Shown here one piece after another: positions 30,285-43,380 of a stretch of 64,000 nt of DNA. A model generated the notes under the pieces. It was not told where the DNA came from. It searched no databases and worked only from the letters and a program-made list of their open reading frames with translations. This DNA comes from Eledone cirrhosa (Eukaryota), in assembly GCA_964016885.1 (NCBI GenBank), contig OZ024743.1:171306001-171370000 (forward strand). The letters run 5' to 3'. Position 1 is the stretch's first letter; each line of letters begins with the position of its first letter. The position numbers and the translations under genes are program-made.

Positions 30285-31490
30285 TCAAAAGGATGCGACA
30301 TGTGAGTAATAACGCGTTTTGAATTTGTCTTGCGTCATACCCACATATCGTTCACTGGTGGCTGGATGGTTGTTGCTGATGGTTGTCACTTTAGCCGCAT
30401 ATACAATGGCTTTGGTGTTGCATTTACCTTGTAATGGGCATTCACTTTTGATTCTACAGGAGCAAGTTTGATTTTCTCTAGGTGATATTTTGTTGAGGAT
30501 ATAGGACTTAATAGGGGGACCGCAGGAATAGCTAATTTTGACACAGTTTCTGTTAAAGATCTTATAGTATCTATGTGTTCTAGGGAAATGTTTATCTAGG
30601 AGCTCAAGGAATTTTTTGCCTACATTAGTTTTAACTGCTAGAGAGTAGGGGGGTGTGAACCAGATTAGTTTTCTTTTCCTATTTTTATGTTTAATAGAGT
30701 TAGTATAGTCAGGTATGTATTTAATCGGTTCGCTAAAACCGCTATTTTGGAGGGCTTTATTATAGTAGGGGGATGCCTTATTAAAAATAGCTTCTGAGGA
30801 AGAGAGGGTGGAGATCCTACGGCTAATATTAGGGATGAGGTTTTTAAAAACTATAGGTGGATGGCAAGATCCTTTATTTATATATTTTAAGTTTTCATTA
30901 GGTTTATGGTATGGTTTATAAGAAGCAGTAGGCAAATCTAGGTTTATATCTAGGAAATCTACGTTGGAGAGGTTAGTGTCAATAGTAATTTTAAGATTAA
31001 AACTAGCGAAGGTTTTTATTAAGTCTTTCCTTAATCTATCTAAGTTATGGCCTATGGTGGTATGGGAAAGTATTAGACCATCATCGCGATAAAGCCCCAA
31101 AATATGGTTAGGAAATTTTTCTTTAAGTGTATGTAAGAGGAATAGGCCGACCAGATCACAAACATTAGCACTGTCGTAAGAGCCCATTGAGACATCGAAT
31201 GGGTTCTCTGGGTTAGATATTTTTACCCAAGTGTCATTATCATTAAAAAGTAGAGTGTTCCTAGCATGCAAGATGACATTCTCTTCAATATCGGAGATAT
31301 TAGTAAACACTCTAGCGAAATTTAAAGCTTTCGCTAAAAGGGTCTGAGTAATAGATGGGTAGAAATCTACAATGTCAAATTGGGTGAATCTAGAACTGAT
31401 TTTGTTTTTAATATTATTAAACCAATGTACTACGGAAGAGCTATTTATCCATTGGAGTAATTTAGACTTACTTCTAATGTGTGTATTTAA
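30285..31490 (-). pseudogene. PLE RT C-half plus GIY-YIG endonuclease (5'-deleted)
   Basis: 341-aa ORF, extended upstream without stops to HIRSKSKLLQW; CSCRIKSECPLQGKC..AIVYAA..YVGMT. Confidence 0.85.
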
Positions 31491-31571
31491 GAAAAGGTCA
31501 TAGAAGTGAAGAGTGCTCTATGTAAGTATCAGAGCAAAATTTAATGTATAAAAATCAATACAATATAATTA

Positions 31572-31641
31572 CCTCATTACCAGAGGTTTCCCGAATGAGG
31601 CGAATACGAAAGAAACGTCTTCATTCGTTCGTCAGACGAGG
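31572..31641 (-). ncRNA. Type I hammerhead ribozyme (second copy on + strand at ~33321-33387)
   Basis: CCTCGT-CTGACGA-ACGAATGA...TCATTCGG-GAAA-CCTCTGGTA^ATGAGG. Confidence 0.72.
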
Positions 31642-33418
31642 CAATATAAAACATGGGTAAATACTTGGAAAGTCTCATCAATGTATATGCGGCTAAAGTG
31701 ACAACCATCAGCAACAACCATCCAGCCACCAGTGAACGATATGTGGGTATGACGCAAGGCAAATTCAAAACGCGTTATTACTCACATGTCGCATCCTTTC
31801 GACATCCAGAAAAAAGATTTACAACAGCTCTGTCTAGCAGAATTTGGGATTTGAAAGACCAAGGCATCCAATATAAATTAGATTGGTCAATTTTGAACCA
31901 ATCTAAAGAATATGCTAGAGGAACAAGAAAATGCACGCTCTGCATAAATGTAAAATATTGGATATTGCAAAATCTAAAATCACCAAAGACCTGCCTGAAC
32001 ACAAAGACGGAAATTTTCACCAGTTGCCCACACATGAAATCACACCTGCTTTCCAGCTCATATAAACTTAACACACTTTCAGATACTTATCCTCCATAAA
32101 CTCTTATTATTCTCTTTTTAATTACCCTTTCTGACTTACTTTCACTTTTATCCTTGTCAATAATTTCATTTATTTTTATTTTTATTTTTATTTTTATTTT
32201 TATTTTTATTTTTATTTTTATTTTTATTTTTACTTCACATCCACCAATAACCCCCCCCCCCTTTATTATCCGATTCACTTTCCATTTTTTACTTCCCCTT
32301 TTTTTACTTCCCTTTTTCCTTCACTAACTGATTACACATGTCATTTGTGTTTGCCAAAATCCAGATATATTTTTCATTTTTATTTTTATTTTTTTAGTTT
32401 TGCGCAGCCAATCTTACAATTTTATATTTGTACTTACTTATCCACAACTTTTTTACACCCTGTATCAATATGGCTGAACGCCTTATTGTGTGTATACTTT
32501 CTATATATGTACATGAGCGACTACGTATGTGCGCGCGCGTGCGTGTATGTATATATATATATATATGTGTATATATATATGTGTGTGTGTGTATGTATAT
32601 ATTATGCGTATGTGTAAGTGTCTTTATATCCGTGTTTTGACATCTAGGTTTTATGTTTTGTTCCTTTTTTCTTCCCCCCCCCCTTTTTTACTTACTCATT
32701 TTTATGCGTGTGCATGCAAACAGGTCAATATGCGTGAGTGTAAGTATGTGTGTGTGTGTGTGTGTATGTACGTATCGAACGTATGGATGTGTAAGTGTGC
32801 ATGTATATTTTTGCATTTCTTTTGTGAGATATGCGTGTCTGTGTTTGTATGTACCCTTTTTTGTCTTCTTTTCTTTAATTTTTTCTTTCTAAAAATTTTT
32901 TCTTTCTAATTTATTGTTACATTTTTATAAATATATCGAGATTGATACTTTCCTTTAATTATTACACTCCCTTACCTCTTTTACTTCCGCATCTAAGTGT
33001 ACGTGTGTGTAGGTATGTTTATGCGCGCGCCTTCATATTCATATTCTTATGATGTATCTATTATGTCTGTAGATTACAGACATACAGATACATTTGCCCT
33101 AAATTTTATATTTACGCACACTTTTTCACTATACGTATACGTGTGTGCATATGTATGTATATGCACATCTGTGAGCGTATATACATACATATACACACAC
33201 CCAACTATATTTCTTGATAGATTTTTATATATTTCAATTTCTAATTCATTTGTCTATTTTTTTTTTTTTTTTTGATTTTCTTGATGAGACTTTCCAAGTA
33301 TTTACCCATGTTTTATATTGCCTCGTCTGACGAACGAATGAAGACGTTTCTTTCGTATTCGCCTCATTCGGGAAACCTCTGGTAAGGAAGTAATTATATT
33401 GTATTGATTTTTATACAT

Positions 33419-33449
<31 letters not shown>

Positions 33450-33495
33450 AAATATGTATATATATATATATATATATGTATAATATGTATGTATA

Positions 33496-33541
<46 letters not shown>

Positions 33542-33718
33542 AATATATAAATATATAAGTATATATATATATATATATATGATAATAAGGGCGCTGCGGT
33601 TTAAAGACCATATACCGGAGGTATATAGTCTTTAAAGCGATGAAATGCCTATGATAGTTGGAAGATCACTGATGAAGGACAAACTTTTTTCATATATATA
33701 TATATATATGTGTGTGTA

Positions 33719-33775
<57 letters not shown>

Positions 33776-33781
33776 AATATG

Positions 33782-33819
<38 letters not shown>

Positions 33820-33824
33820 CATAT

Positions 33825-33854
<30 letters not shown>

Positions 33855-33855
<1 letters not shown>

Positions 33856-34134
33856 ACACTCCTCCCTCTCCACTTTTTACTCTCATCTCCTCCTCTTTTT
33901 CATCATTTCCACCCCCACCCCCCTAAAAAAAAATATTTTTCCCAAAATCACACATCAATCTAAAACTACTTTTCATATGTTGATTTAAACCTGCACTATC
34001 CACAAGTGTTTTTTAACCTTCATATCATGTCTTCCTATTTTATCTGATGAAAACACAAATATTATTGCATGATGATATTTGTTTTTGAAATGCGCATAAT
34101 AAAATACATGGAACTCTTTTAACCATCTTTTGTT

Positions 34135-34183
<49 letters not shown>

Positions 34184-35099
34184 AGAACAAAAGATGGTTA
34201 AAAGAGTTCCATGTATTTTATTATGCGCATTTCAAAAACAAATATCATCATGCAATAATATTTGTGTTTTCATCAGATAAAATAGGAAGACATGATATGA
34301 AGGTTAAAAAACACTTGTGGATAGTGCAGTTTTAAATCAACATATGAAAAGTAGTTTTAGATTGATGTGTGATTTTGGGAAAAATATTTTTTTTGAGGGG
34401 GGGGGGGGATGAAAAAGAGGAGGAGATGAGAGTAAAAAGTGGAGAGGGAGGCGTATAATGAGGAAGGATGAGATAGGAGGAGAGATGGGTGATAGAGAGA
34501 GAGATAGCTTTTATAACTGAGAAAAATATATTGTTTTACATAGAGAGGTTGAAAACCGTTGGAAGATAATGTATAAATTAAAAGAATTTGAAAATTAACG
34601 GAGAGAAAAATAATGTAAAGTTAAGGTTTGTATATTGAAGGGTTTAATAATATGTGCGATGAAAAGAAAATGTTAATATGTATTAAGAATAATATTTAAG
34701 GGTTTAATAATATGTGCGATGGAAAGAAAAAGTTAATATGTATTAAGAATAATATTTAAGGGTTTAATAATATGTGCGATGGAAAGAAAATGTTGATATG
34801 TATTATTAAAAAGAACAACAAGTAATGTAAGTAAGGATATATTGTGAGATGAGCATGAGTAAGTTAGATGAAGTGTTTTTTAACCTTCATATCATGACTT
34901 CCTATTTAATCTGATGAAAACACAAATATTATTGCATGATGATATTTGTTTTTGAAATGCGCATAATAAAATACATGGAACTCTTTTAACCATCTTTTGT
35001 TCTTATATATTATGTATACTCCACTCCTACAAACTGTAGAGTGCTTCTTATCCGATATCTGCATTGCTTTATTGTATTACAATAAAACTCACCTCCTAC

Positions 35100-35100
<1 letters not shown>
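33855..35100. mobile_element. PLE family 'G': three pLTR copies (+, -, +) with hammerheads and a 60-bp x3 tandem repeat
   Basis: 33855-34140 is inverted relative to ~34172-34450 around (TA)n; a third copy lies at 34871-35012. The 60-bp unit AAGGGTTTAATAATATGTGCGATG... occurs at 34638-34806. Confidence 0.8.
34036..34106 (+). ncRNA. Type I hammerhead ribozyme (copies at ~34214-34284 '-' and ~34903-34973 '+')
   Basis: TATTTTAT-CTGATGA-AAAC..ATAT...ATATTTGTTTTT-GAAA-TGCGCATA^ATAAAATA: 8-bp stem I and palindromic ATGCGCAT stem III. Confidence 0.78.
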
Positions 35101-35185
<85 letters not shown>

Positions 35186-35194
35186 AGGTGAATG

Positions 35195-35430
35195 TATGAC
35201 CCCGACGGCAGAGCTCAAGCCGTTTCGACGGCTATTTCTGGACTAAAGTAAGATTTTTTTTTAAAGTAAGAGTTTAAAAAAACAACACTTACTTTAGTCC
35301 AAAAATAGCCGTCGAAACGGCTTGAGCTCTGCCGACGGGGTCTCCTATTACCCACTCTACTACCCTAAGTATTGAGTACTCTGGTGCGTTATGGTCCATC
35401 TGGTTCCTTACCACAACTCCTTCGTTATAT
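35195..35430. mobile_element. PLE family 'A' fold-back mini-insertion
   Basis: GACCCCGACGGCAGAGCTCAAGCCGTTTCGACGGCTATTTCTGGACTAAAGTAAG is inverted at ~35288-35342. The 3' end CCTTCGTTATAT runs into TA. Confidence 0.75.
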
Positions 35431-35453
35431 GTATATATATATACACACAAATA

Positions 35454-35487
<34 letters not shown>

Positions 35488-35635
35488 CATGTGTATATAT
35501 GTATATATGTATGTGTATATATGTATATATATGTATGTATATATATGTATATATATATGCAAATTTATATGTGTATTTATATGTATGTATATATGTATGT
35601 ATATATATATGTGTGTATGTATGTATGTATATATG

Positions 35636-36250
35636 TCGGGTCACTCTTGAGTGCTACTGGTAACATGTAAACCAGTACAACCTGTCGTATGGTCGGGTCG
35701 TCGGCGACCAAACCGGCAACCCCACTTGGTGGGGAGGGTGATTTTGAACACCCTGCAGGAAAAAAACAAAACCTAACAAAGGGCGAAAGAACTCATAAGA
35801 GTCAACGGCCATCCAAATGTGTGTAAATATATATCTACACATGTTCATATGTATATATATGTATATGTGTATATCCATGGGTGCATGTGTATGTTTATGC
35901 GCGGGGACATAGAAATCGTCGAGCTGGACACCCGATCGCGCGGTTAAACCACTGGGAGTGAAGGACCCCTAGCCTTTGTCAGGGCATTCTTCTAGGAGAA
36001 GGTAACTCAGGAAACTGGGATAACTCTGATATAAAACCTGCGGCTCAGTAGTTACCGGTGATGTTGATATTTTCTTCTTTTCGGGTTATAGCTACTGTCG
36101 CTCAGAGAGTGGGATTGGCTCAGTGCACAATCTTTCCTCACTTTAAAAAATATCTTCACGCACAGGCATTGCACGATAGAATAAATAAATGATTATTAAT
36201 AATGGTAAATCGTGCAATTGCCATACTCGATAACGAGGGGACAACCATCA
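35636..36250 (+). mobile_element. Diverged subfamily of the ~600-bp RTE-derived non-autonomous element
   Basis: Colinear with 52497-53100: GTGCTACTGGTAACATG, TCTAGGAGAAGG, and 3' CATACTCGATAACGAGGGGACAACCATCAT. Confidence 0.7.
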
Positions 36251-36408
36251 TGTATATATGTATATACGTGTATATATACATGTATATATATGTATATACA
36301 TGTATGTGTATATGTATGTATATATGTATATGTATGTATATATGTATATGTATGTGTATATATGTATATGTATGTGTATATATGTATATGTATGCATATA
36401 TGTGTATA

Positions 36409-36461
<53 letters not shown>

Positions 36462-36656
36462 ATGTATGTGTATATATGTATATGTATGTGTACATATGTA
36501 TATGTATGTATATATATGTATATATATATGTATATATATATATATGTGTGTATATATATATATATATAAATATATATATGTATAAATATATATGTATATA
36601 TACATATATGTATATATATGTGTGTGTGTGTATATATGTATATATATATATGTATG

Positions 36657-36882
36657 TGTAGTAAGACGCCTCACGCTCCTTGATAGAACAACGCCGGTTG
36701 AGAACGCCAGAAAGAAAAGACAGACAGCCACTGGAAAGCCGACGGATCACACGCCAGATACCAGCCTCTGTACAACACCATTGTTTGTGCTATAACAAAA
36801 AATAAACGTATATTTCATCTCTAATTTCTGCTGTTATTATGTCACTTGCATCTCGATAACATCTACAACTAATACTGCTAAA
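36657..36882 (+). repeat. 5' LTR
   Basis: TGTAGTAAG...ACTGCTAAA; contains AATAAA; followed by the PBS. Confidence 0.93.
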
Positions 36883-37768
36883 GTGGTGACCGACGTAAGA
36901 ATTTAACGCAGCCCTTCTTTTTCATCAATTGAACTTTTATTGCCACATTGTCGGCCTTTTTTTCGCATCTTGCGAAAATAAAAAATATTCCTTTTAAAAT
37001 TATCGAAAAATTAGTAGTATTTCATAAACTTTTTGCTACACTCGAGAACAACAACGACAGCAGAAGCAGCGACAACATTGTTTAACCACTGATCAAAACA
37101 GGGAATAGTGAGTGGCAGCTTCATAGCCTTACCGACGCATACCACCACACATCGGAAATATCAAAACGATTCATTCGTGTCGATAATTTAGAGCGACTTT
37201 TTTTTTTATTCACTTGCATATTCCATTTCCGTTGCCAACTTTTTCGCAACTTACAGAAGAAAAAAGAAAAAAGTGTATTTTTCCAAGGTGGCGTTGCGTT
37301 CCTTCCCCGTTTTGTAACGGACACATTTTTTGAATTGCGTATGTGTTCCCTGACTGATCAAGAGAGAAGAGACTAAACTTTTTTTTGTGAACATAACTGC
37401 CCCGCATGGGGATATACATGCCTTACCTTTTTCTAAGGGATTTTTAGCCACTGGCTACCTTTGTTGATATCCAACGCGGATATATTTTAAAAAAAAACAT
37501 TTTTTTTCTTCCTTTTTTTTTCCTTATTTGATTTGGCTGGTTCGTTGAGGCAACGCGAGGGGACAGACGTTGAAGGAAACATTTTTTTTTAAAGATATAT
37601 ATCTGTATTTTATGTATTTTGCATATTTCCTTATGTTTTGAATGTCTGTTTCTTTTTGCCCTTTAACTTTTTCTCAATATTGGCTGTTCTCTTTACACTG
37701 TACAAGGGTGCATTAATTGCTCTTTCGATATATAGGTATATATATTTGTTTTAATTTTAAAAGTTGAC

Positions 37769-38545
37769 ATGAATGTACCACATTTGCCCGCCTTTACTGG
37801 AAAACCTAAGATGTGGTTTGCCCAGTTACAGGCGTATTTTACGGTCTGTAAGACCGAATCTGACCAGCGCCTCGCTGTACTGATTAGCGGCCTTCCCCCT
37901 AATCTAGCAGATTCGGTCCAAGACCTAATTACAGACCCCCCCTCTGACTTGACGTATGAGTTTTTGAAGGGCGAGATTTTGAGGAGGAATTGTAAGTCGG
38001 TAGAGAGTCGTTTTCGGTCACTGATCGAGGACGAACGATTAGGTGACAGGACCCCTACCGCTTTTCTCCGGCATTTGCGGGATTTGAGCGATTCCCAAGA
38101 TCAGGATAGCCCTTTCCTGAAGCAATTGTTCTTCTCTCGCCTACCTCAAGAGGTACAGGCGATCCTAGCCCATATGCTAGAGGTGAATACCCTGGATCAC
38201 ATTGCTGTCTCTGCTGACAAAATTGTAGAGGTGACGAAGAGAGACACTTCGAAGCCAAGGTACGTTGCTTCCTCTTCTCTTCCTCAATCACGCTCATCAG
38301 CGTCTGATGACAAATTAATCACCACTATGGAAGCCATGACTCGTCAAATGGCGGAGTTGTGCACGGAATTCAGGTCCTTTGGACGGCAGAGGAGCCGCTC
38401 ACGACGTTATTCAACTTCTCGCCACCGTAGCCCTTCCAACACACCAGGAACAACATATTGTTATTACCATGAAAGATATGGTAAAAAAGCCGCCCGTTGT
38501 AGGCCTCCTTGTGCTTACGAGGGAAAAGACGACCAGAGTCACTAA
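37769..38545 (+). CDS. gag: Gag (CsRN1-type CHCC nucleocapsid motif)
   Basis: [50 protein letters not shown]. Confidence 0.9.
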   Translation: MNVPHLPAFTGKPKMWFAQLQAYFTVCKTESDQRLAVLISGLPPNLADSVQDLITDPPSDLTYEFLKGEILRRNCKSVESRFRSLIEDERLGDRTPTAFLRHLRDLSDSQDQDSPFLKQLFFSRLPQEVQAILAHMLEVNTLDHIAVSADKIVEVTKRDTSKPRYVASSSLPQSRSSASDDKLITTMEAMTRQMAELCTEFRSFGRQRSRSRRYSTSRHRSPSNTPGTTYCYYHERYGKKAARCRPPCAYEGKDDQSH

Positions 38546-41500
38546 CGGCGGATAGTGCGCTCTGCGAAACAACATCTAACCGCCACTTTTTCATTGAGGA
38601 CCTGCTGTCGGGTAGAGCTTTTCTGGTTGACACAGGTGCAGCTTGTTCCGTATGGCTTGTGTGTTGTATGAAGGAGACTCCCCCTGAGACGCCTATTGAG
38701 TTGCAGGCAGTAAATTGTTCGCCGATTCGAACTTTCGGACAAATCTCGTTACCTTTGCAGTTTCGTAATCTGCGGCGCGAGTTTAAATGGATATTTACTG
38801 TCGCTGCCTTGCCGTATCCGATTCTAGGCGCGGATTTTCTCCACCATTTTTCATTGACGGTGGACCTTCGTGGTAAACGCCATGGCATCACGGGATTAAC
38901 TGTTGTTGGCAAGGCAGCAGGAGTTCCAACGGTTAGCCCGATATTTTTTCTTGCTAACACCGGTGATCCTTTCCATGCGTTGTTGAACTCGTTCCCGCAA
39001 CTGACACAGGGGAATTTTCGATTTGATGAACCTACTCATACCACGGAGCACTTCATATCTACAACTGGTGCTCCCGTTTTCTCTCGCCCTCGTCGCTTGC
39101 CTCCGGACAAACTCAAAGCAGCACGATCAGAATTTGATCATATGCTGCAAATGGGGATTATTTGTCCGTCCACGAGCCCGTGGGCGTCCCCATTGCACAT
39201 GGTACCGAAAGCGAATGGCGATTGGAGACCTACTGGAGATTATCGACGCCTGAATTCGATAACGGTACCGGACCGTTATCCTATCCCTCATCTGCAAGAC
39301 TTTGCGTCTTCGTTGCAGGGATGCAAGATATTCTCCAAACTGGATTTAATTCGTGAGTACCATCAAATTCCTGTCCATAAAAATGACATTCCAAAAACGA
39401 CTATAGTTACGCCATTTGGGTCTTTCGAGTTTTTGACTATGCCGTTCGGATTAAGGAATGCCGCTAGTACTTTTCAGCGGTTTATGGATGAGGTTACTCG
39501 CGGCCTCGATTTCGTCTATACCTATATTGACGACCTGCTCATTGCTAGTTCTTCTCCTGAGCAGCATACGCACCATTTGAATCTTCTTTTCCGCCGATTG
39601 AAGGCGTATAACGTGCAGCTTAATGCACCCAAATGTGTTTTTGGCGCTGAGTCACTGACTTTCTTGGGTCACGTCATCGATGCTGACGGAATTCGACCCC
39701 GGCCTGAGCGAGTTAAGGTCATAGAGGATTTGCCTCCACCGACCTCACTACGTCAGTTACGCCAGTTCTTAGGTCTGGTTAACTTTTATAGGCGTTTCGT
39801 GCCAAATTGTGCCAAGTTGCTTTTCTCCCTGACAGAAATTTTGAAAAATTGTCGGAGGAAGAACAAAGATATTTCTTTGACAGACACTCAACTTGCTGAT
39901 TTTCAGCACGCCCAAACTGTTTTGGCTAATGCTTCGTTACTGACTCACCCGGTACCCGGTACAAAGCTAACGCTTTGTGTTGATGCATCGGATATCGCTG
40001 TGGGCGCAGTACTACAGCAATACATCAATGGTTACCAGCAACCGCTGGAGTTTTTTTCCAAAAAGCTAAATCCTGCTGAGACGCGCTACAGCACCTTTGG
40101 AAGAGAGCTTTTAGCCATCTATTTGGCCGTGAAACATTTTTCACATGTGCTAGAGGGTAGACAATTTACTATCCTCACTGACCATAAACCATTGACTTTT
40201 GCTTTGAGAGCGAAGGCTGATAAATACTCGCCCAGAGAGACGAGACACCTTGATTTCATCTCGCAATATACGAGTGATATCCAGCACATTCCGGGTTCAC
40301 TAAATACAGCGGCCGATGCTTTGTCCCGCTTACCCGTGACAGCGATCTCGTCACCCTCTGACATAGATCTGACTCGTTTGGCTGCGGATCAGCCTCCCCT
40401 TGAGTCACTGGATGTCACATCGCCCGAGTTTGTGAATTGCGAGATGAAATACTTGCCTCTGTCGACTGCAGTTGGCCAAATTCTCTGCGACGTCTCTTTG
40501 GACGTGCCTAGGCCCTTCGTTCCAGAGAATCATCGTCTGACCGTGTTTCTCGGATTACATTGTATCTCGCATCCAGGATCTTCTGCCACAGCAAAGCTCA
40601 TATCAGCTAGATTTTTCTGGCCAAATATGAGGCGTGAAATTGCTGCTTGGTGCCGTTCCTGCGTCGCTTGCCAGAGATCAAAGGTCCATCGACACGTCAA
40701 GGCTCCCCTGGGTACCTTTGCTAACCCAGATGCGCGTTTTTCGCATATTCATATTGACATAGTGGGACCTTGGCCTGTCAGCGATGGTTTTTCTTATCTA
40801 CTTACCGTCATTGACCGTTTTTCGAGATGGCCTGAGGCCATCCCCTTGAAAAACATCACCGCGGAGACAACAGCACGTGCTCTTGTGTCTGGATGGATCT
40901 CTCGTTATGGAGTTCCATCCACAATAACTACCGACCGTGGACGACAGTTCGAGTCGAGCCTTTTCCTCGAGCTGTCAAAAATAATTGGTGCTAAACGCAT
41001 TCGAACTACGGCATACCATCCCGCTTCGAATGGTATGGTGGAGCGTTTTCACCGCCAACTGAAGGCCTCCTTAATGGCCTCAATGGACTCGGCGCATTGG
41101 AGCGAGTACCTCCCTATTGTGCTACTAGGGATTCGGTCAACGGTGAAGGTCGACTTTGGATTTTCACCGGCCGAAGTACTGTACGGTGCCTCTCTGACGT
41201 TGCCCGGGCAAATGCTTGCCCCTATCGATCTTGATACCCAAGATCACGCTTCCTACGTGTCCCGTTTGCGCTCCTATTTCCAGGATTTGCCGCCAATGGA
41301 CACTAGGAAACAATCTGTCAAGACTGCTGTCCCGAGGGATATTGCCTCGTGGACGCATGTCTTTGTAAGGAATGATACGGTGAAGCCCCCGCTCACACAG
41401 CCTTACACTGGACCTTACCGTGTCTTAGCGCGCTCGGCTAAGCATTTCACGTTAGATATTAAGGGGTCCAGGGTGACAGTTACATTAGACAGGCTTAAGC

Positions 41501-41697
41501 AGGCGCACCTTGATACGGACGCTGTGGTTCCCGATCCACGAACCCCTTCGTATTTGCCTGTTGAGCGAACGACTATTCCTGATCCACCATCATCGCCTGT
41601 CCCTACACCACCACCATCGCCACGTTACAAGACCACGACCCGTTCAGGTCGTAGGGTCCACTGGCCCAAAAAACTTTGCAGCACCGTCTATATTTAG
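38521..41697 (+). CDS. pol: Pol (protease-RT-RNase H-integrase), in the -1 frame relative to gag
   Basis: FLVDTGA, YIDD, DAS/TDH/ADALSR, HHCC, and DDE core (HIDIVG, TDRG, VERFH). Slippery G GGA AAA at 38521-38527. Confidence 0.93.
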   Translation, partial: GKRRPESLTADSALCETTSNRHFFIEDLLSGRAFLVDTGAACSVWLVCCMKETPPETPIELQAVNCSPIRTFGQISLPLQFRNLRREFKWIFTVAALPYPILGADFLHHFSLTVDLRGKRHGITGLTVVGKAAGVPTVSPIFFLANTGDPFHALLNSFPQLTQGNFRFDEPTHTTEHFISTTGAPVFSRPRRLPPDKLKAARSEFDHMLQMGIICPSTSPWASPLHMVPKANGDWRPTGDYRRLNSITVPDRYPIPHLQDFASSLQGCKIFSKLDLIREYHQIPVHKNDIPKTTIVTPFGSFEFLTMPFGLRNAASTFQRFMDEVTRGLDFVYTYIDDLLIASSSPEQHTHHLNLLFRRLKAYNVQLNAPKCVFGAESLTFLGHVIDADGIRPRPERVKVIEDLPPPTSLRQLRQFLGLVNFYRRFVPNCAKLLFSLTEILKNCRRKNKDISLTDTQLADFQHAQTVLANASLLTHPVPGTKLTLCVDASDIAVGAVLQQYINGYQQPLEFFSKKLNPAETRYSTFGRELLAIYLAVKHFSHVLEGRQFTILTDHKPLTFALRAKADKYSPRETRHLDFISQYTSDIQHIPGSLNTAADALSRLPVTAISSPSDIDLTRLAADQPPLESLDVTSPEFVNCEMKYLPLSTAVGQILCDVSLDVPRPFVPENHRLTVFLGLHCISHPGSSATAKLISARFFWPNMRREIAAWCRSCVACQRSKVHRHVKAPLGTFANPDARFSHIHIDIVGPWPVSDGFSYLLTVIDRFSRWPEAIPLKNITAETTARALVSGWISRYGVPSTITTDRGRQFESSLFLELSKIIGAKRIRTTAYHPASNGMVERFHRQLKASLMASMDSAHWSEYLPIVLLGIRSTVKVDFGFSPAEVLYGASLTLPGQMLAPIDLDTQDHASYVSRLRSYFQDLPPMDTRKQSVKTAVPRDIASWTHVFVRNDTVKPPLTQPYTGPYRVLARSAKHFTLDIKGSRVTVTLDRLKQAHLDTDAVVPDPRTPSYLPVERTTIPDPPSSPVPTPPPSPRYKTTTRSGRRVHWPKKLCSTVYI

Positions 41698-41922
41698 ACT
41701 GTTAGCTGCACCTTTTTTTTTGCCTCTGTGTTTCTGCTTTTCCTTTGCCTTGTTTTTTTTATGCATGCATGTCGTTTTTTTTTTAACATTTTTCAAATCC
41801 TTATTCTGTATTCAATTTTTGCTAGAGCGGATAGCTCCCCCTTGTTGCATTGTTCGCCATCTTACTCCACATGTGAGTAATGACATCGATTTTCAATAAT
41901 TTGAAAATCTGGCTCGAGGTAC

Positions 41923-42148
41923 TGTAGTAAGACGCCTCACGCTCCTTGATAGAACAACGCCGGTTGAGAACGCCAGAAAGAAAAGACAGACAGCCACTGG
42001 AAAGCCGACGGATCACACGCCAGATACCAGCCTCTGTACAACACCATTGTTTGTGCTATAACAAAAAATAAACGTATATTTCATCTCTAATTTCTGCTGT
42101 TATTATGTCACTTGCATCTCGATAACATCTACAACTAATACTGCTAAA
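41923..42148 (+). repeat. 3' LTR
   Basis: Matches the 5' LTR; followed by TSD TATG. Confidence 0.93.
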
Positions 42149-42178
42149 TATGTATATGTATATGACTATATATGTTTA

Positions 42179-42224
<46 letters not shown>

Positions 42225-42228
<4 letters not shown>

Positions 42229-42726
42229 AAAGAATAGAGGTGTAACACACAAGTTATTATATATTGGTAAACGGAATAGAAAATGCTGACAAATTGTTCA
42301 CAGTTGAAAAATGGTTTAATTAGGAATAAAAGAGTATTAGTGATCGTATGGGTTAGTATTCAGTTGTGGTTTTAAGTTTTTAAGTTTTTACCGGTTGCGC
42401 ATTTCTAAATGCTCTTCAAAAATAATTTTGAGATAGAGTGTCCGTGCTGTTTGCTCTGATCTGATTAGTTTTCGGAATTCTACCTGTTTTTATGTTAAAA
42501 AAGTGGCTCCAATTTGCAAAAATTCTTGTGGTCAAAACAATTTTGATTGGTCGGTAGAGGTCATGTGAATGTAAAAAATTGATTTTGCGCCAAGACTATT
42601 TTTATGTTAAAAAAGTGACTCCAGCAAAAATTCTTGTGGTCAAAACAATTTTGATTGGTCGGTAGAGGTCATGTGAATAAAAAATTGGTTTTGCGCCAAG
42701 ATTGAGAAATGACTCTTTCACAACAA

Positions 42727-42788
<62 letters not shown>

Positions 42789-43054
42789 TAGTAGTAGTAG
42801 TAAGGTGTTCGATGTTGTGATAATGGTTAGCAGCGACGTGTGTCAAATGGCTATTAAGAGAAGTGTGTGTCTGTGTGTATAGCAGAGTAATTCATGGTGG
42901 CAGGGATGGTCAGTAAGAATGTGTCTGAAAGTATTTTATCATGTCAAAAGATATTTTTCAGCTTTTGTCTTATACGGAGAAGTGCGTGTGTGTGTGTGTG
43001 TGTATATATAAGTCTCTTTGTATGTTGATGTACGCGTGTGTATGTGTGTGTGTG

Positions 43055-43105
<51 letters not shown>

Positions 43106-43260
43106 ACCAGTATTTTTTTTCCCCCTGGTAAAATGATGTACATTATTCGATTTTTTCAGTAAAATCGGTTCTCTTAATAGAACATCAAAAATCTTAACAA
43201 TAAAAGGTGTGAAATGATATTCACTATATATATATATACACATACATATATTCACTATAT
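42225..43260 (-). mobile_element. 3'UTR/pLTR of PLE family 'D' (probably continuous with 49950-51098 before a nested insertion)
   Basis: 42261-42355 is an inverted copy of 51003-51098. Degenerate hammerhead TTGAAGA..GCAACCGGTA at ~42388-42420; ~105-bp direct duplication at 42488-42700. Confidence 0.6.
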
Positions 43261-43380
43261 ATATATATATATACAATATTAAATAAATGGAAACTATATT
43301 TATAAAACCATATCTATTTCATTACATATATTTCAGGGATATCATATTAACAATATGCTATATATATATATATATATATA

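Larger units (their letters stand above)
30084..33420. mobile_element. PLE family 'B' back-to-back insertion (GLYRDDG type, possibly Nematis-like)
   Basis: Minus arm 31680->30084: pLTR, RT (FDIVDFYPSI, FDVSMGSYD, GLYRDDGL) and EN. Plus arm 31681->33420: EN C-half, UTR and pLTR. 31542-31680 is an inverted copy of 33281-33420, and the EN segments are near-identical between arms. Confidence 0.88.
36657..42148 (+). mobile_element. Intact Gypsy LTR retrotransposon, CsRN1-like lineage
   Basis: Two 226-bp LTRs that I read as identical (36657-36882, 41923-42148), a 4-bp TSD TATG, tRNA-Trp-like PBS TGGTGACCGACGT, and intact gag and pol. Confidence 0.95.

Noticed and set aside
34638-34806. 60-bp x3 array (and ~190-bp repeats at 27990-28380) as CRISPR-like
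   Set aside because: Head-to-tail repeats without unique spacers, inside PLE UTRs; eukaryotic context with no cas genes.
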